Assembly: GCA_963707915.1 (NCBI GenBank) | Contig: OY970178.1 | Span: 3,321,599 to 3,385,598 of the forward strand | Direction of reading: 5' to 3' | DNA length: 64,000 nucleotides | Source: Candidatus Eiseniibacteriota bacterium | GTDB taxonomy: Bacteria; Eisenbacteria; RBG-16-71-46 | Part shown: positions 47,028 to 56,097 of the stretch, one piece after another | Position numbering within the stretch: position 1 is the first letter of the stretch | Layout: each line of letters begins with the position of its first letter | Made by a program: the position numbers and the translations under genes | Notes under the pieces: generated by a model | Told to the model about the DNA's origin: nothing | Seen by the model: the letters and a program-made list of their open reading frames with translations, nothing else | Databases searched by the model: none

Positions 47028-47505
47028 ATGCGTTCGCGCCTGGAGCCCTTCTTCTTTCCCGCCCCTGCATGGAGTCGTCCCGTGTACGTCTGCGAACTGA
47101 CGAAGCGCCAGTATCGCGGCAAGAAACCGAGGGAGATCCGCGGGCCCGACGACGTCGTCGCGTTCGTCGGCCCGAAGCTCCGCCGCGAGCAGCGCGAGCA
47201 CTTCCTCGTGCTGCTGTTGAACGCCCGGCATGAGGTCGTGGCCCGCGAGACCGTCTCGGTCGGGAGTCTCAACGCCTCGATCGTCCACCCGCGGGAGGTG
47301 TTCCGGCCGGCGGTCCTCGCTTCGGCCGCCGCGCTCGGTGCTCGTTCACAACCACCCCTCGGGTGACCCCGAACCCAGCGAGGAGGACCTCTCGATCACC
47401 AAGCGGCTCGTCGAGGCCGGGGAACTGCTCGGCATCGGCGTGCTCGATCACGTCATCGTCGCCAGCCGGGGTGTCGTCTCGCTCCGCTCGCGGCAACTGC
47501 TCTGA
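47028..47505 (+). pseudogene. radC: RadC-like JAB domain protein, one frameshift near 47335
   Basis: '[39 protein letters not shown]', then '[23 protein letters not shown]...[10 protein letters not shown]'. Confidence 0.6.
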
Positions 47506-47532
47506 ACCCGTCCACGAAGAAGGAAGTCCGTC

Positions 47533-48301
47533 ATGTCTGCAACGCTCGTCGTCCACCGCGGCGGATGGGAGGCCTCCAAGGCCGACCTGGCCGCCGTCCC
47601 CGTGCCTGAGCCCACCGAGAGCTACCACCCGGTGCCGTACGGCCGCTTCGTCGAGGAGGTCGAGCTGCACGTTCCGCGCTTCGGCCTCACGGTCCAGTCG
47701 TCAGCGTTCGCGCTCGCGCGGGAGGGAGGCCAGATGTTCGGCGTCCTGACCTGCGCGAACGGGCAAGCCGCCGCCGACTACGCTCTCGCGATCGGCGTTC
47801 GCAACAGCTACGACCGGAGCCTGGCGGTCGGACTCACGCTGGGCAGTCGCGTGTTCTGCTGCGATAACCTCGCCTTCTCGGGCGAGGTGACCATGCACCG
47901 CAAGCACACGGTCAACGTCTTCCGCGACCTGCCCGACCTGATCTACCGGATGCTCTTCGCAGGTCTCGTCGATGCGGGAGCGGACTGACGGCGAGATCGC
48001 GGCGATGAAGGTTCGCGAATTGCCGCCGGCGCAGGCGCACCACCTGATGGTCGAGGCGATCCGGGCGAACGTCCTGCCCGCGTCGCGACTGCCGAAGGTG
48101 ATCGAGGCGTGGGAGGAGCCGAGGCACGAGGAGTTCGTGCCTCGCACGGCCTGGTCGCTCTTCAACGCCTTCACCGAGGTGCAGAAGGCGCACACGCCCG
48201 CGGGCGCAGATGGAAGGGAGCCTCCGGCTCTCATCGCTCTTTCGGAGGGAGTTGTCCCTCAACTGACCCAAGTGGGCCGTCCAAGCGCGGACGGCCCATG
48301 A
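47533..48301 (+). pseudogene. DUF932-like protein, one frameshift near 47960
   Basis: 'IGVRNSYDRSLAVGLTLGSRVFCCDNLAFSGEVTMHRKHT'. The C-terminal part continues in the 47972 frame. Confidence 0.5.
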
Positions 48302-48521
48302 TTCTTGCTCCGAGATTCGCCTCAAGAGAGAGACCGCTAAGGAGCTCCTGCTGGCCATCTTGCCCTCGTTGAACTCCGGCAGCATGTCGGCCCCGGCTCG
48401 GTTGAGCGGGCTGGTCGCAAACTGTTACTGTAACCAGTAAGGCGTACCTCGCCGGGCCGCTCGTCGTAGGAGGCAAGCTGCAGCAGCGGCCCGTCGGCTT
48501 CTTGCGACGGGAGGGAACCCC

Positions 48522-49412
48522 GTGCCGGGCAGCACCGTTCACACCGTTGGAGAGCCGCAGCGGCTTGGCGCAAAGCCGGTACTCCGCTGGGCAGGTAGCA
48601 AGCGCAAGCAGCTGGCCCGATTGAGGACCTTCTGGTCGGCGGACCACGTCCGATACGTCGAGCCATTCGTTGGCTCTGCTTGCCTGTTCTTTGAACTGGC
48701 CCCCACCAGCGCGATCTTGGGTGACACAAATGCCCAGCTAGTGGAGTTCTACACCGTCCTCCGCACCGACCCGCGCCGATTGCACCGACGCTTGGCGCAC
48801 ATCCCCAGAGATGTCGCGTCCTACTACAAGTGGCGCGAGATGGTCCCCGCGAGGTTGGACAAGGAAACGCGGGCCCTGAGGTTCCTCTATCTCAACCGCA
48901 ACTGCTTCAACGGGATCTACCGAACCAACGTCAAGGGCGAGTTCAATGTTCCGTTTGGCAAGAAAGTGGGAGCATACCCAACCGCAATTGACTTCGCGCG
49001 CTGCGCCGATCTGCTGAAGCACGTCAAGCTGGTTGCTCAGGACTTCGAGAAGACTCTGGAAGGAGTTGGCTCGGGTGACTTCGTTTACCTGGATCCCCCC
49101 TACGCGCTGGACTCGCGAAGGGTGTTTCGTCAGTACGGACCAGGATCATTCAAGACGACGGACGTAGCTCGGCTCGGCAAGTCCCTCAAGCGGGCGCATG
49201 CACGAGGTGCGCATTTCCTCGTTTCCTACGCAGACTGTACGGCCTCTCGCGTCCTGGCGAGGGAGTGGGTCTCGGTTCGCCTGCCGATCCAACGCCATGT
49301 CGCGGGTTTCGCGGACGAACGCAGGCGGGCCTATGAGTGGCTCATCTCCAACCAGCCGATACCTTCGGGAGTTGGAAGTAAGACTCCAAAGCGAACGGAG
49401 CCCAGGGCATGA
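48522..49412 (+). CDS. dam: Dam-family (D12 class) DNA N6-adenine methyltransferase
   Basis: 'LRWAGSKRKQL', 'EPFVGSACLFF', 'NRNCFNGIYRTNVKGEFNVPFG', 'YLDPPY'. Confidence 0.85.
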   Translation: MPGSTVHTVGEPQRLGAKPVLRWAGSKRKQLARLRTFWSADHVRYVEPFVGSACLFFELAPTSAILGDTNAQLVEFYTVLRTDPRRLHRRLAHIPRDVASYYKWREMVPARLDKETRALRFLYLNRNCFNGIYRTNVKGEFNVPFGKKVGAYPTAIDFARCADLLKHVKLVAQDFEKTLEGVGSGDFVYLDPPYALDSRRVFRQYGPGSFKTTDVARLGKSLKRAHARGAHFLVSYADCTASRVLAREWVSVRLPIQRHVAGFADERRRAYEWLISNQPIPSGVGSKTPKRTEPRA

Positions 49413-50374
49413 GCAAGAAACCACATGACTATGGGGTACGGGTGATCGGCGTGAAGGAGATCGCGACGGCGAGCCTGTATGCGAATCCTCACAACCCCCG
49501 TCGTCTCTTCGACAGGCAGGACATGGACGCCCTGCGCGACTCCATTGACAAGCTTGGCATCCTCGTGCCCCTTACGGTCTATAGGGAAGCCCGGTCTGGT
49601 CACTACGTAATCCTCGATGGACAACGTCGATGGATGTGCGCGACCGAGCTGAAATTGAAGGTCGTTCCTGTCAACGAAGTTGCCGAGCCTGATCTTGTCC
49701 AGAATATTGTGACGATGTTCCAGATTCATCGGCTTCGAAGAGACTGGGAGCTAATGCCGACGGCGCTCAAACTCCAACTGCTCATGAATGAGCTGGATGA
49801 GAAGAACCCCCGGCGCTTGGCCGAACTCACAGCCCTCGATGAAGCAGTGGTCGTGCGCTGCAAGAAGCTCTTGTCCTACCCCAAGCGCTACCAGGACATG
49901 ATGCTAACCGCGGAGCCGAGCAGCCGGATCAAGGCGGATTTCTTCATCGAACTATATGTGGTTCGAAATGATCGTTTCGTGAACGGGCTTGAGTGGTACG
50001 ACCGGAACAACTTCACGGACGCCATGCTAGAGAAGATCGAGGTCGGCGGCCTGAAGTCTGTGACCGACTTCCGCAAGGTAAAACAGCACATAAACAACGC
50101 AGTCAAGGCAAACAAGAATGTGGTCATCGCACGTCGACTTCGGGAATTCGCGCAGGATCCAGTTCTTACCACAGACCATCTTGACATCGACTCGGCCAGA
50201 ATCGCGACGGGCGCGCGAAAGATGATTGCCGCGGTCGAGAAACTCCACGCGCAGATTGATTCTATTGAGCTCGAGGAGTATGTCGGCGAGAACGAGATGT
50301 GGGAGGGCCTGAAGAAACTATCTGAGCTGATCCGCAAGCGCCTTCGTGCTCTGGGCTGGAGGCTTGATCAATGA
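49409..50374 (+). CDS. ParB-N/DGQHR-like domain protein
   Basis: 'NPHNPRRLFD...LRDSIDKLGILVPLTVY...YVILDGQRRWMCA'. ATGA overlaps on both sides. Confidence 0.65.
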   Translation: MSKKPHDYGVRVIGVKEIATASLYANPHNPRRLFDRQDMDALRDSIDKLGILVPLTVYREARSGHYVILDGQRRWMCATELKLKVVPVNEVAEPDLVQNIVTMFQIHRLRRDWELMPTALKLQLLMNELDEKNPRRLAELTALDEAVVVRCKKLLSYPKRYQDMMLTAEPSSRIKADFFIELYVVRNDRFVNGLEWYDRNNFTDAMLEKIEVGGLKSVTDFRKVKQHINNAVKANKNVVIARRLREFAQDPVLTTDHLDIDSARIATGARKMIAAVEKLHAQIDSIELEEYVGENEMWEGLKKLSELIRKRLRALGWRLDQ

Positions 50375-51198
50375 GGGTGCCTCGGCCGCCCGGCGCCTCT
50401 ATCGACAAGAAACGCATGGCCAGGTGGAAGAACGAATTCACCGCCTACAGGAGCTCGGTGACCGAATTCTCCATCTCCAGCTGGCTTGACCAGTTCAAGG
50501 CGCATGAACGGGACACTGCCGCAAGAGTGCTCGACGCGGTCGAGTTCTATGGTGACGAGCGCATTGCCACGGCATTTCGGAAGGGGCTCGAAGCGATCCC
50601 GGGGTGGAGCAGCACGCAGAGCGAACGCTCAGGCCGTTGGAGGTTCGCACCCTTTTCCCGCACCCCAGGCGAGAGTGGCGATGCAATGATGCACCGCTTC
50701 CGGATGGCCAACAGGCTGACCGGCAAGGCGCACGATGGCATGTTCAAGTACGCAAGCGAACTGATGGACGAGAAGCTCGGACCGGAAGACACGGTAATTC
50801 TGGTCGACGACTTCGTGGCAACTGGGGACTCGGTGTGCTCGAAGTGGGCCGACGGGTTCGAGGAATTGGTCGGAGAGGCTGGGTCGGTGTTTCTGGTGCT
50901 CGTGGCGGCCGTAACTTCTGCTCAGAAGCGGATCATGAAAGAGACTGGGCTGACCGTGCTCGCCGCCCATGATCTTGGCAAGGCTGACAACGTATTTGAG
51001 GATGGCTGTCGGCACTTCAAGCCGGCCGAGAAGGCGTGCCTGCTGCGCTACGGAGCAATCGCAGATAAGAAGCGGCCAAAGGGCTACGGGGACTGCGGGC
51101 TGGTCGTTGTATTTCAGCACCGGTGCCCTAACAACTCATTGCCGATCCTGCACGCGGAACACAAGAAATGGACGGCGCTGTTCCCTCGGAACAGCTAG
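50371..51198 (+). CDS. Phosphoribosyltransferase-like protein
   Basis: PRPP-loop-like 'TVILVDDFVATGDSV'. The rest is unrecognised. Confidence 0.5.
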   Translation: MRVPRPPGASIDKKRMARWKNEFTAYRSSVTEFSISSWLDQFKAHERDTAARVLDAVEFYGDERIATAFRKGLEAIPGWSSTQSERSGRWRFAPFSRTPGESGDAMMHRFRMANRLTGKAHDGMFKYASELMDEKLGPEDTVILVDDFVATGDSVCSKWADGFEELVGEAGSVFLVLVAAVTSAQKRIMKETGLTVLAAHDLGKADNVFEDGCRHFKPAEKACLLRYGAIADKKRPKGYGDCGLVVVFQHRCPNNSLPILHAEHKKWTALFPRNS

Positions 51199-51550
51199 CT
51201 GGGCTAGTTATGTCCAGCCACTGCCATTCGAATGGGGCTGTCCCTCGACTGAATCACCCACAGGGCTGTCGGATTCTCGATGGCCCCGTCTTCACTTTCG
51301 ACGCCCAAGGCCGCTCGGATGCAGTTGACGAATGCCTCAAGACGTGGCTAAATAACTGTATCATCTAGGCTTACTGCATCTCTGGATTGCCGTTCATCTG
51401 CCTTCAGTTGTTTCGGTCGCTCGCGCGCACGGTCCTCTCCGGAAGCCGCGCGCCGGGCAGAACCACGGCTTGATCCATGACGCGACGCCTCCGACGTCGA
51501 CTTCGCGCAGGGGTGCAGGTCTGCCACCTGAGACCTGCCCACTACCTTCT

Positions 51551-53923
51551 ATGACCTTGAGCGAATCCGATACCCGCGCCAAACTGATCGATCCCGCCCT
51601 CCACGCCCGTGGCTGGACGGAGGATTTGATTCGCCGTGAGGAAACAGCCGGCGCAATCGAAATCATCGACGGTCGCCCACGCCGGCAGGCCAAAGGCCGC
51701 GTGGACTACACCCTGCGGATCAAGGTGAACCCGGACACACAGCCTGTCGCAGTAGCCCTCATCGAGGCGAAGGCCGAGCACCTGCACCCTGGCCATGGCC
51801 TCGAGCAGGGTAAGGGCTACACCGCCGGGAAGCGGCTCAACGTGCCCTTCGTGTTTTCGTCCAATGGGCACCTGTTCGTGGAGTTCGACAACTTCACGGG
51901 CCTGACGAGTGATCCCCGCCAGCTGAGCGCGTTCCCAACGGTTGAGGATCTCCGTGCCCGTTACGAGCAGGGCATGGGCTTCAGCCTTGGCTCACCCGCG
52001 GCGCGTCCGCTCATCACGCGCTACGTCGGCGGCGAAGCTACCCGCCGCTACTACCAGGACGCGGCAATCCGCGCTGTCTTCGAGAAGATCGCCCGCGGCG
52101 AGAAGAAGGCGCTGCTGTCGCTGGCGACTGGCGCGGGCAAGACCTTCATTGCCGTGAATCTGCTCAAGCGTATCGCCGACGCCGGCATGCTCCGTCGGGC
52201 GCTCTTCGTCTGCGATCGCGACGAGCTCCGCAGCCAGGGGCTCGGAGCGTTCCAGAATGTCTTTGGCTCCGACGCCGCCCCGGTATCGGCCGGCAAGCCG
52301 CAGAAGAACGCCCGCATCCTCGTCGCCACCTATCAGACCCTCAACGTCGACTCGGTGGATGCGGACGCGAACTTCCTGACCAAGAACTACCCCGAGAACT
52401 ACTTCAGCCACATCATCATCGACGAGTGCCACCGCTCCGCGTGGGGCAAGTGGTCCCTGGTGCTGACCCGCAACCCAGACGCCGTCCAAGTCGGACTCAC
52501 CGCGACGCCGCGGACGATCCAGTTCACTGAGAAGAGCAAGGAAGCTGAAGCCGACGCACAAGTTTCGGCTGACAACCTCCGCTATTTCGGTGAGCCGGTC
52601 TACGAGTACGACATGAGTCAGGGTATCGAGGATGGCTACCTCGCGGCGTGCGAGATCGTGCGCCGGGACATCTTCTTCGACACGAAACAGACGAGCGAGC
52701 GCGAGGCTGGCCTCACTCAGGAGGATCTTGCCGGCAAGGCAATCGTTGACGCCAAGACGGGAGAGACCCTGTCCATCGGCGAGGCCCGTGCCCGCTACGA
52801 CGCCACGAGCTTCGAGGATAGGCTCCTCCTGCCAGAGCGCGTGAAGGCGATGGCCGAGGACTTCTTCGCACACCTACTCGCCACCGGCGGCCCAGAGCAG
52901 AAGACAATCATCTTTTGCGCCCGCGACCGGCACGCCGACGACATCGCGACTGCCCTGAACAACCTCTACGCGACCTGGTGTAGCCGGGAGGGGCGCGAGC
53001 GACTGGACTCGTACGCCTTCAAGTGCACCGCTACGAGCAACGGCGGTGACTACCTACCAGACCTGCGTGGCGGATCACGCCATCACTTCATCGCGACCAC
53101 GGTGGACCTGTTGACCACAGGCGTCGACGTGCCGAACGTGCGAAACATCGTCTTCTTCAAGTACGTCCGTTCACCGATCGCGTTCTACCAGATGGTCGGT
53201 CGCGGCACCCGCCTGGACCCCGCCACCGGCAAGCTCATGTTCCGCGTCTACGACTACACCGACGCGACGCGGCTGTTTGGCGAGGAGTTCATCACGAAGC
53301 TCCCGACCCCGCGTGGCCCGATCGGACCGGGCCCGGAACCACCAGAGCCCCCTGAGCGCACGCTGCTCGTCGAGGGATTCGACGTTCGGGTCACTGACGC
53401 CGGCCGCTACATCCTGACCATGGTTGACGGGAAGGCAGTGCCCGTGACGGTTGAGGAGTACAAGGAACGCGTCGCTGCCCGCCTCGTGGAGGAGGCGAAG
53501 ACGCTCGACGAGTTCCGCAAGCGCTGGATCGCACCGGAGGAGCGCAGGGAGATGCTGGGGCGTCTGCCTGATGCTGGTCGTTCGGCCATGTTGGTGCGCG
53601 CTCTTGAGGACATGGCGGACTACGACCTCTACGACGTACTCGCGGATCTTGGATACGGGATGGCGCCACGCACGCGCCTCGAGCGCGCAGACTCGTTTGC
53701 CTACAAGCATCAGGAGTGGCTTGCGCAGCTTCCGGACAAGGCGTCCGCGACTCTCAAGGCGATCGCTGGGCAATTCGCCGACGGCGGAACGGATGGGCTC
53801 GAGAATCCGCAGGTATTCCAGACTCCTGCCGTCGTGCGTGCCGGCGGCCTGCCGGCACTCCGGGTGATTGGTCGCCCCGCTGAGGTTCTGCGCGAGACTA
53901 AGCAGAGGATGTTCGCCGCATGA
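51551..53923 (+). CDS. hsdR: Type I restriction enzyme R subunit
   Basis: 'SESDTRAKLIDPALHARGW', PD-(D/E)XK 'VDYTL...ALIEAK', 'ATGAGKT', 'IIIDECHRS', 'LTATP', EcoEI-R-C-like tail. Confidence 0.9.
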   Translation: MTLSESDTRAKLIDPALHARGWTEDLIRREETAGAIEIIDGRPRRQAKGRVDYTLRIKVNPDTQPVAVALIEAKAEHLHPGHGLEQGKGYTAGKRLNVPFVFSSNGHLFVEFDNFTGLTSDPRQLSAFPTVEDLRARYEQGMGFSLGSPAARPLITRYVGGEATRRYYQDAAIRAVFEKIARGEKKALLSLATGAGKTFIAVNLLKRIADAGMLRRALFVCDRDELRSQGLGAFQNVFGSDAAPVSAGKPQKNARILVATYQTLNVDSVDADANFLTKNYPENYFSHIIIDECHRSAWGKWSLVLTRNPDAVQVGLTATPRTIQFTEKSKEAEADAQVSADNLRYFGEPVYEYDMSQGIEDGYLAACEIVRRDIFFDTKQTSEREAGLTQEDLAGKAIVDAKTGETLSIGEARARYDATSFEDRLLLPERVKAMAEDFFAHLLATGGPEQKTIIFCARDRHADDIATALNNLYATWCSREGRERLDSYAFKCTATSNGGDYLPDLRGGSRHHFIATTVDLLTTGVDVPNVRNIVFFKYVRSPIAFYQMVGRGTRLDPATGKLMFRVYDYTDATRLFGEEFITKLPTPRGPIGPGPEPPEPPERTLLVEGFDVRVTDAGRYILTMVDGKAVPVTVEEYKERVAARLVEEAKTLDEFRKRWIAPEERREMLGRLPDAGRSAMLVRALEDMADYDLYDVLADLGYGMAPRTRLERADSFAYKHQEWLAQLPDKASATLKAIAGQFADGGTDGLENPQVFQTPAVVRAGGLPALRVIGRPAEVLRETKQRMFAA

Positions 53924-54558
53924 CCAGGCACAAGCCACTCTTGCCAAAGGCGCTCCCTACTGCTCATGATCTCCCAAAGGGCTGGTGGTGGGCTGATCTC
54001 GGAAAGGCCCTGGAGCAGCGCAAGCAGTTCATCCTCGTCGAGGACGAAGAGCGCTATCAGCGCGTCACGGTGCAGTTGCACGGCCGCGGCATCTTGCCCC
54101 GAGATCATGTGCTTGGAAAGGCCATCAAGACAAAGAAGCAACAGGTCGTTGCGGCTCATGACTTCCTTGTCGCAGAGATCGACGCGAAGATGGGCGGCTT
54201 TGGAATTGTCCCGGCTTCTCTCGCGGGAGGAATCGTCAGCAGCCACTACTTCACCTTCGCGATCAACACTGACCTCCTTTTGCCGGCCTTCTTGGAGGTC
54301 TTCATTCGAACGGGGTTCTTGACGCGTGCCATTCTCGTCCATGTTCGTGGCTCGTTGAACTACGCCGCGATCCGGCCTCGCCACGTCCTTGGCATACAGT
54401 TTCCTTTTGCAGAGCCAACGACTCAAGAAACGCTTATCGCCCAGATCAAGCAGGTGGATCTAGCGCGCGCCGCCCTCAACGAACAACTAGGCATCCTGGA
54501 TGCGATGCCTGCCGCCTTCATTAGAGCCGCCCTCGGTGGCGCTGTTCCGAACCCATGA
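53920..54558 (+). CDS. hsdS: Type I restriction S subunit, half-size (single target-recognition domain)
   Basis: 212 aa, 'LPKGWWWADLGKAL...' and a conserved C-terminal helix. ATGA overlaps with hsdR and hsdM. Confidence 0.7.
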   Translation: MTRHKPLLPKALPTAHDLPKGWWWADLGKALEQRKQFILVEDEERYQRVTVQLHGRGILPRDHVLGKAIKTKKQQVVAAHDFLVAEIDAKMGGFGIVPASLAGGIVSSHYFTFAINTDLLLPAFLEVFIRTGFLTRAILVHVRGSLNYAAIRPRHVLGIQFPFAEPTTQETLIAQIKQVDLARAALNEQLGILDAMPAAFIRAALGGAVPNP

Positions 54559-56084
54559 CGACCTACCCCATCAACGGCAAGACGCCAGTGGACCAGGCGG
54601 CAGTCAATGCCGCCATCAAGGCGATTTGCGACATCATGCGCAGATCCAACTGTGCAGGTGCCCTGCAATACGTCCCTGAGCTTACCTGGATTCTCTTCCT
54701 GCGAATCCTCGATGAGCGTGAGCTTCGCGAGACAGAAGAAGCAGAAGCCCTCGACGTTCCTTTTGAGCCGTCACTAGAGGCTCCATACCGCTGGCAGGAT
54801 TGGGCGGCGCCTAACGGAAGGAAGCGCCAAGAACTTCAGAATGGCGCTCTCGGTGAGTTCTTTGGATTTGTGAACGGCAAGCTCCTGCCACATCTTCGGG
54901 GGCTGAAGGACCGAGCCGGAGCGACGCCTCGTCAGAAGGTCATCAGTGAAGTCATGTCCGGCGTCGAGCGGACGCGGATTGACACCGAGCGCAACTTCCT
55001 CGATGTGCTGGACAAGGTAAACGAGATCAGTTCCGAAACCGCTGATCCGACCCACATGTTCACTCTGTCGCAAGTGTATGAGGGGTTGCTTCTGAAGATG
55101 GGGGAGAAGGGTAACGACGGCGGTCAGTTCTTCACCCCACGGGAAGTCATTCGCGCAATGATCCAGGTTGTTGACCCCAAGGTTGGCGAGACGATCTACG
55201 ACCCAGGCTGCGGCACTGGCGGCTTTCTTGCGCAGTCGTATGAGTACATGCGCGCACATCTGGGATCAAAGGCAACGGCCGCGCAGCTTACAGCGCTCAA
55301 GCGGAGGACGTTCTTCGGGCGGGAGAAGGACGACGCCATCTTCCCGATTGCCCTGGCGAACTTGGTGCTTCACAACATCGATGAGCCGCACATCTGGCAC
55401 GGCAACACATTGACCGGCGCTGAGACATACGGTGGCCTGTACGCTGACGCGCCCTCAACGTATGACGTGATCTTGATGAATCCACCGTTCGGCGGGAAGG
55501 AGGGCCAAGAGGCTCAGACGCGCTTTGCCTATAAGACCGGCGCAACGCAGGTGCTCTTCCTTCAACACGTCATCGACAGCCTGAAGCCTGGCGGTCGGTG
55601 TGGCATCGTGCTGGATGATGGCGTCTTGTTTCGTGTCGATCAGATGGCATTCATTCAGACAAAGCGCAAACTGCTCGACGAGTGCGAGGTACGCTGTGTA
55701 GTCAGTCTGCCCGCTGGCGTGTTCACTGCGGCAGGGGCGGGCGTCAAGACTGATCTGGTCTTCTTCACGAAAGGCCAGCAAACCAAGAAGATCTGGTACT
55801 TCGACCTCTCGGAAATGAAGGTCAACAAGACTGCGCCACTAACGCTCGACATGTTTGATGACTTCTTCAAGCTCCTGCCCAGCCAAGCGGACAGCGATCA
55901 CAGTTGGACTATCTCGCGCAAGCAAGTAGAGGCTAACAACTTTGACCTGAAGGCGATCAATCCACGGATCAAGGCGCAAGTGGACATTCGGACGCCCGGG
56001 GAGCTACTTGGACTGTTCGATGAAGAGGGGCAGGAGGTGGCGGAGGCCATCGCGGAGCTGCGGCGCCTGAAACGTGGGAAGTAG
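54555..56084 (+). CDS. hsdM: Type I restriction M subunit (N6-adenine methyltransferase)
   Basis: HsdM-N 'YVPELTWILFLRILDE', 'YDPGCGTGGFL', 'NPPFGG'. Confidence 0.9.
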   Translation: MTTYPINGKTPVDQAAVNAAIKAICDIMRRSNCAGALQYVPELTWILFLRILDERELRETEEAEALDVPFEPSLEAPYRWQDWAAPNGRKRQELQNGALGEFFGFVNGKLLPHLRGLKDRAGATPRQKVISEVMSGVERTRIDTERNFLDVLDKVNEISSETADPTHMFTLSQVYEGLLLKMGEKGNDGGQFFTPREVIRAMIQVVDPKVGETIYDPGCGTGGFLAQSYEYMRAHLGSKATAAQLTALKRRTFFGREKDDAIFPIALANLVLHNIDEPHIWHGNTLTGAETYGGLYADAPSTYDVILMNPPFGGKEGQEAQTRFAYKTGATQVLFLQHVIDSLKPGGRCGIVLDDGVLFRVDQMAFIQTKRKLLDECEVRCVVSLPAGVFTAAGAGVKTDLVFFTKGQQTKKIWYFDLSEMKVNKTAPLTLDMFDDFFKLLPSQADSDHSWTISRKQVEANNFDLKAINPRIKAQVDIRTPGELLGLFDEEGQEVAEAIAELRRLKRGK

Positions 56085-56097
56085 GCGCACAGGGACA

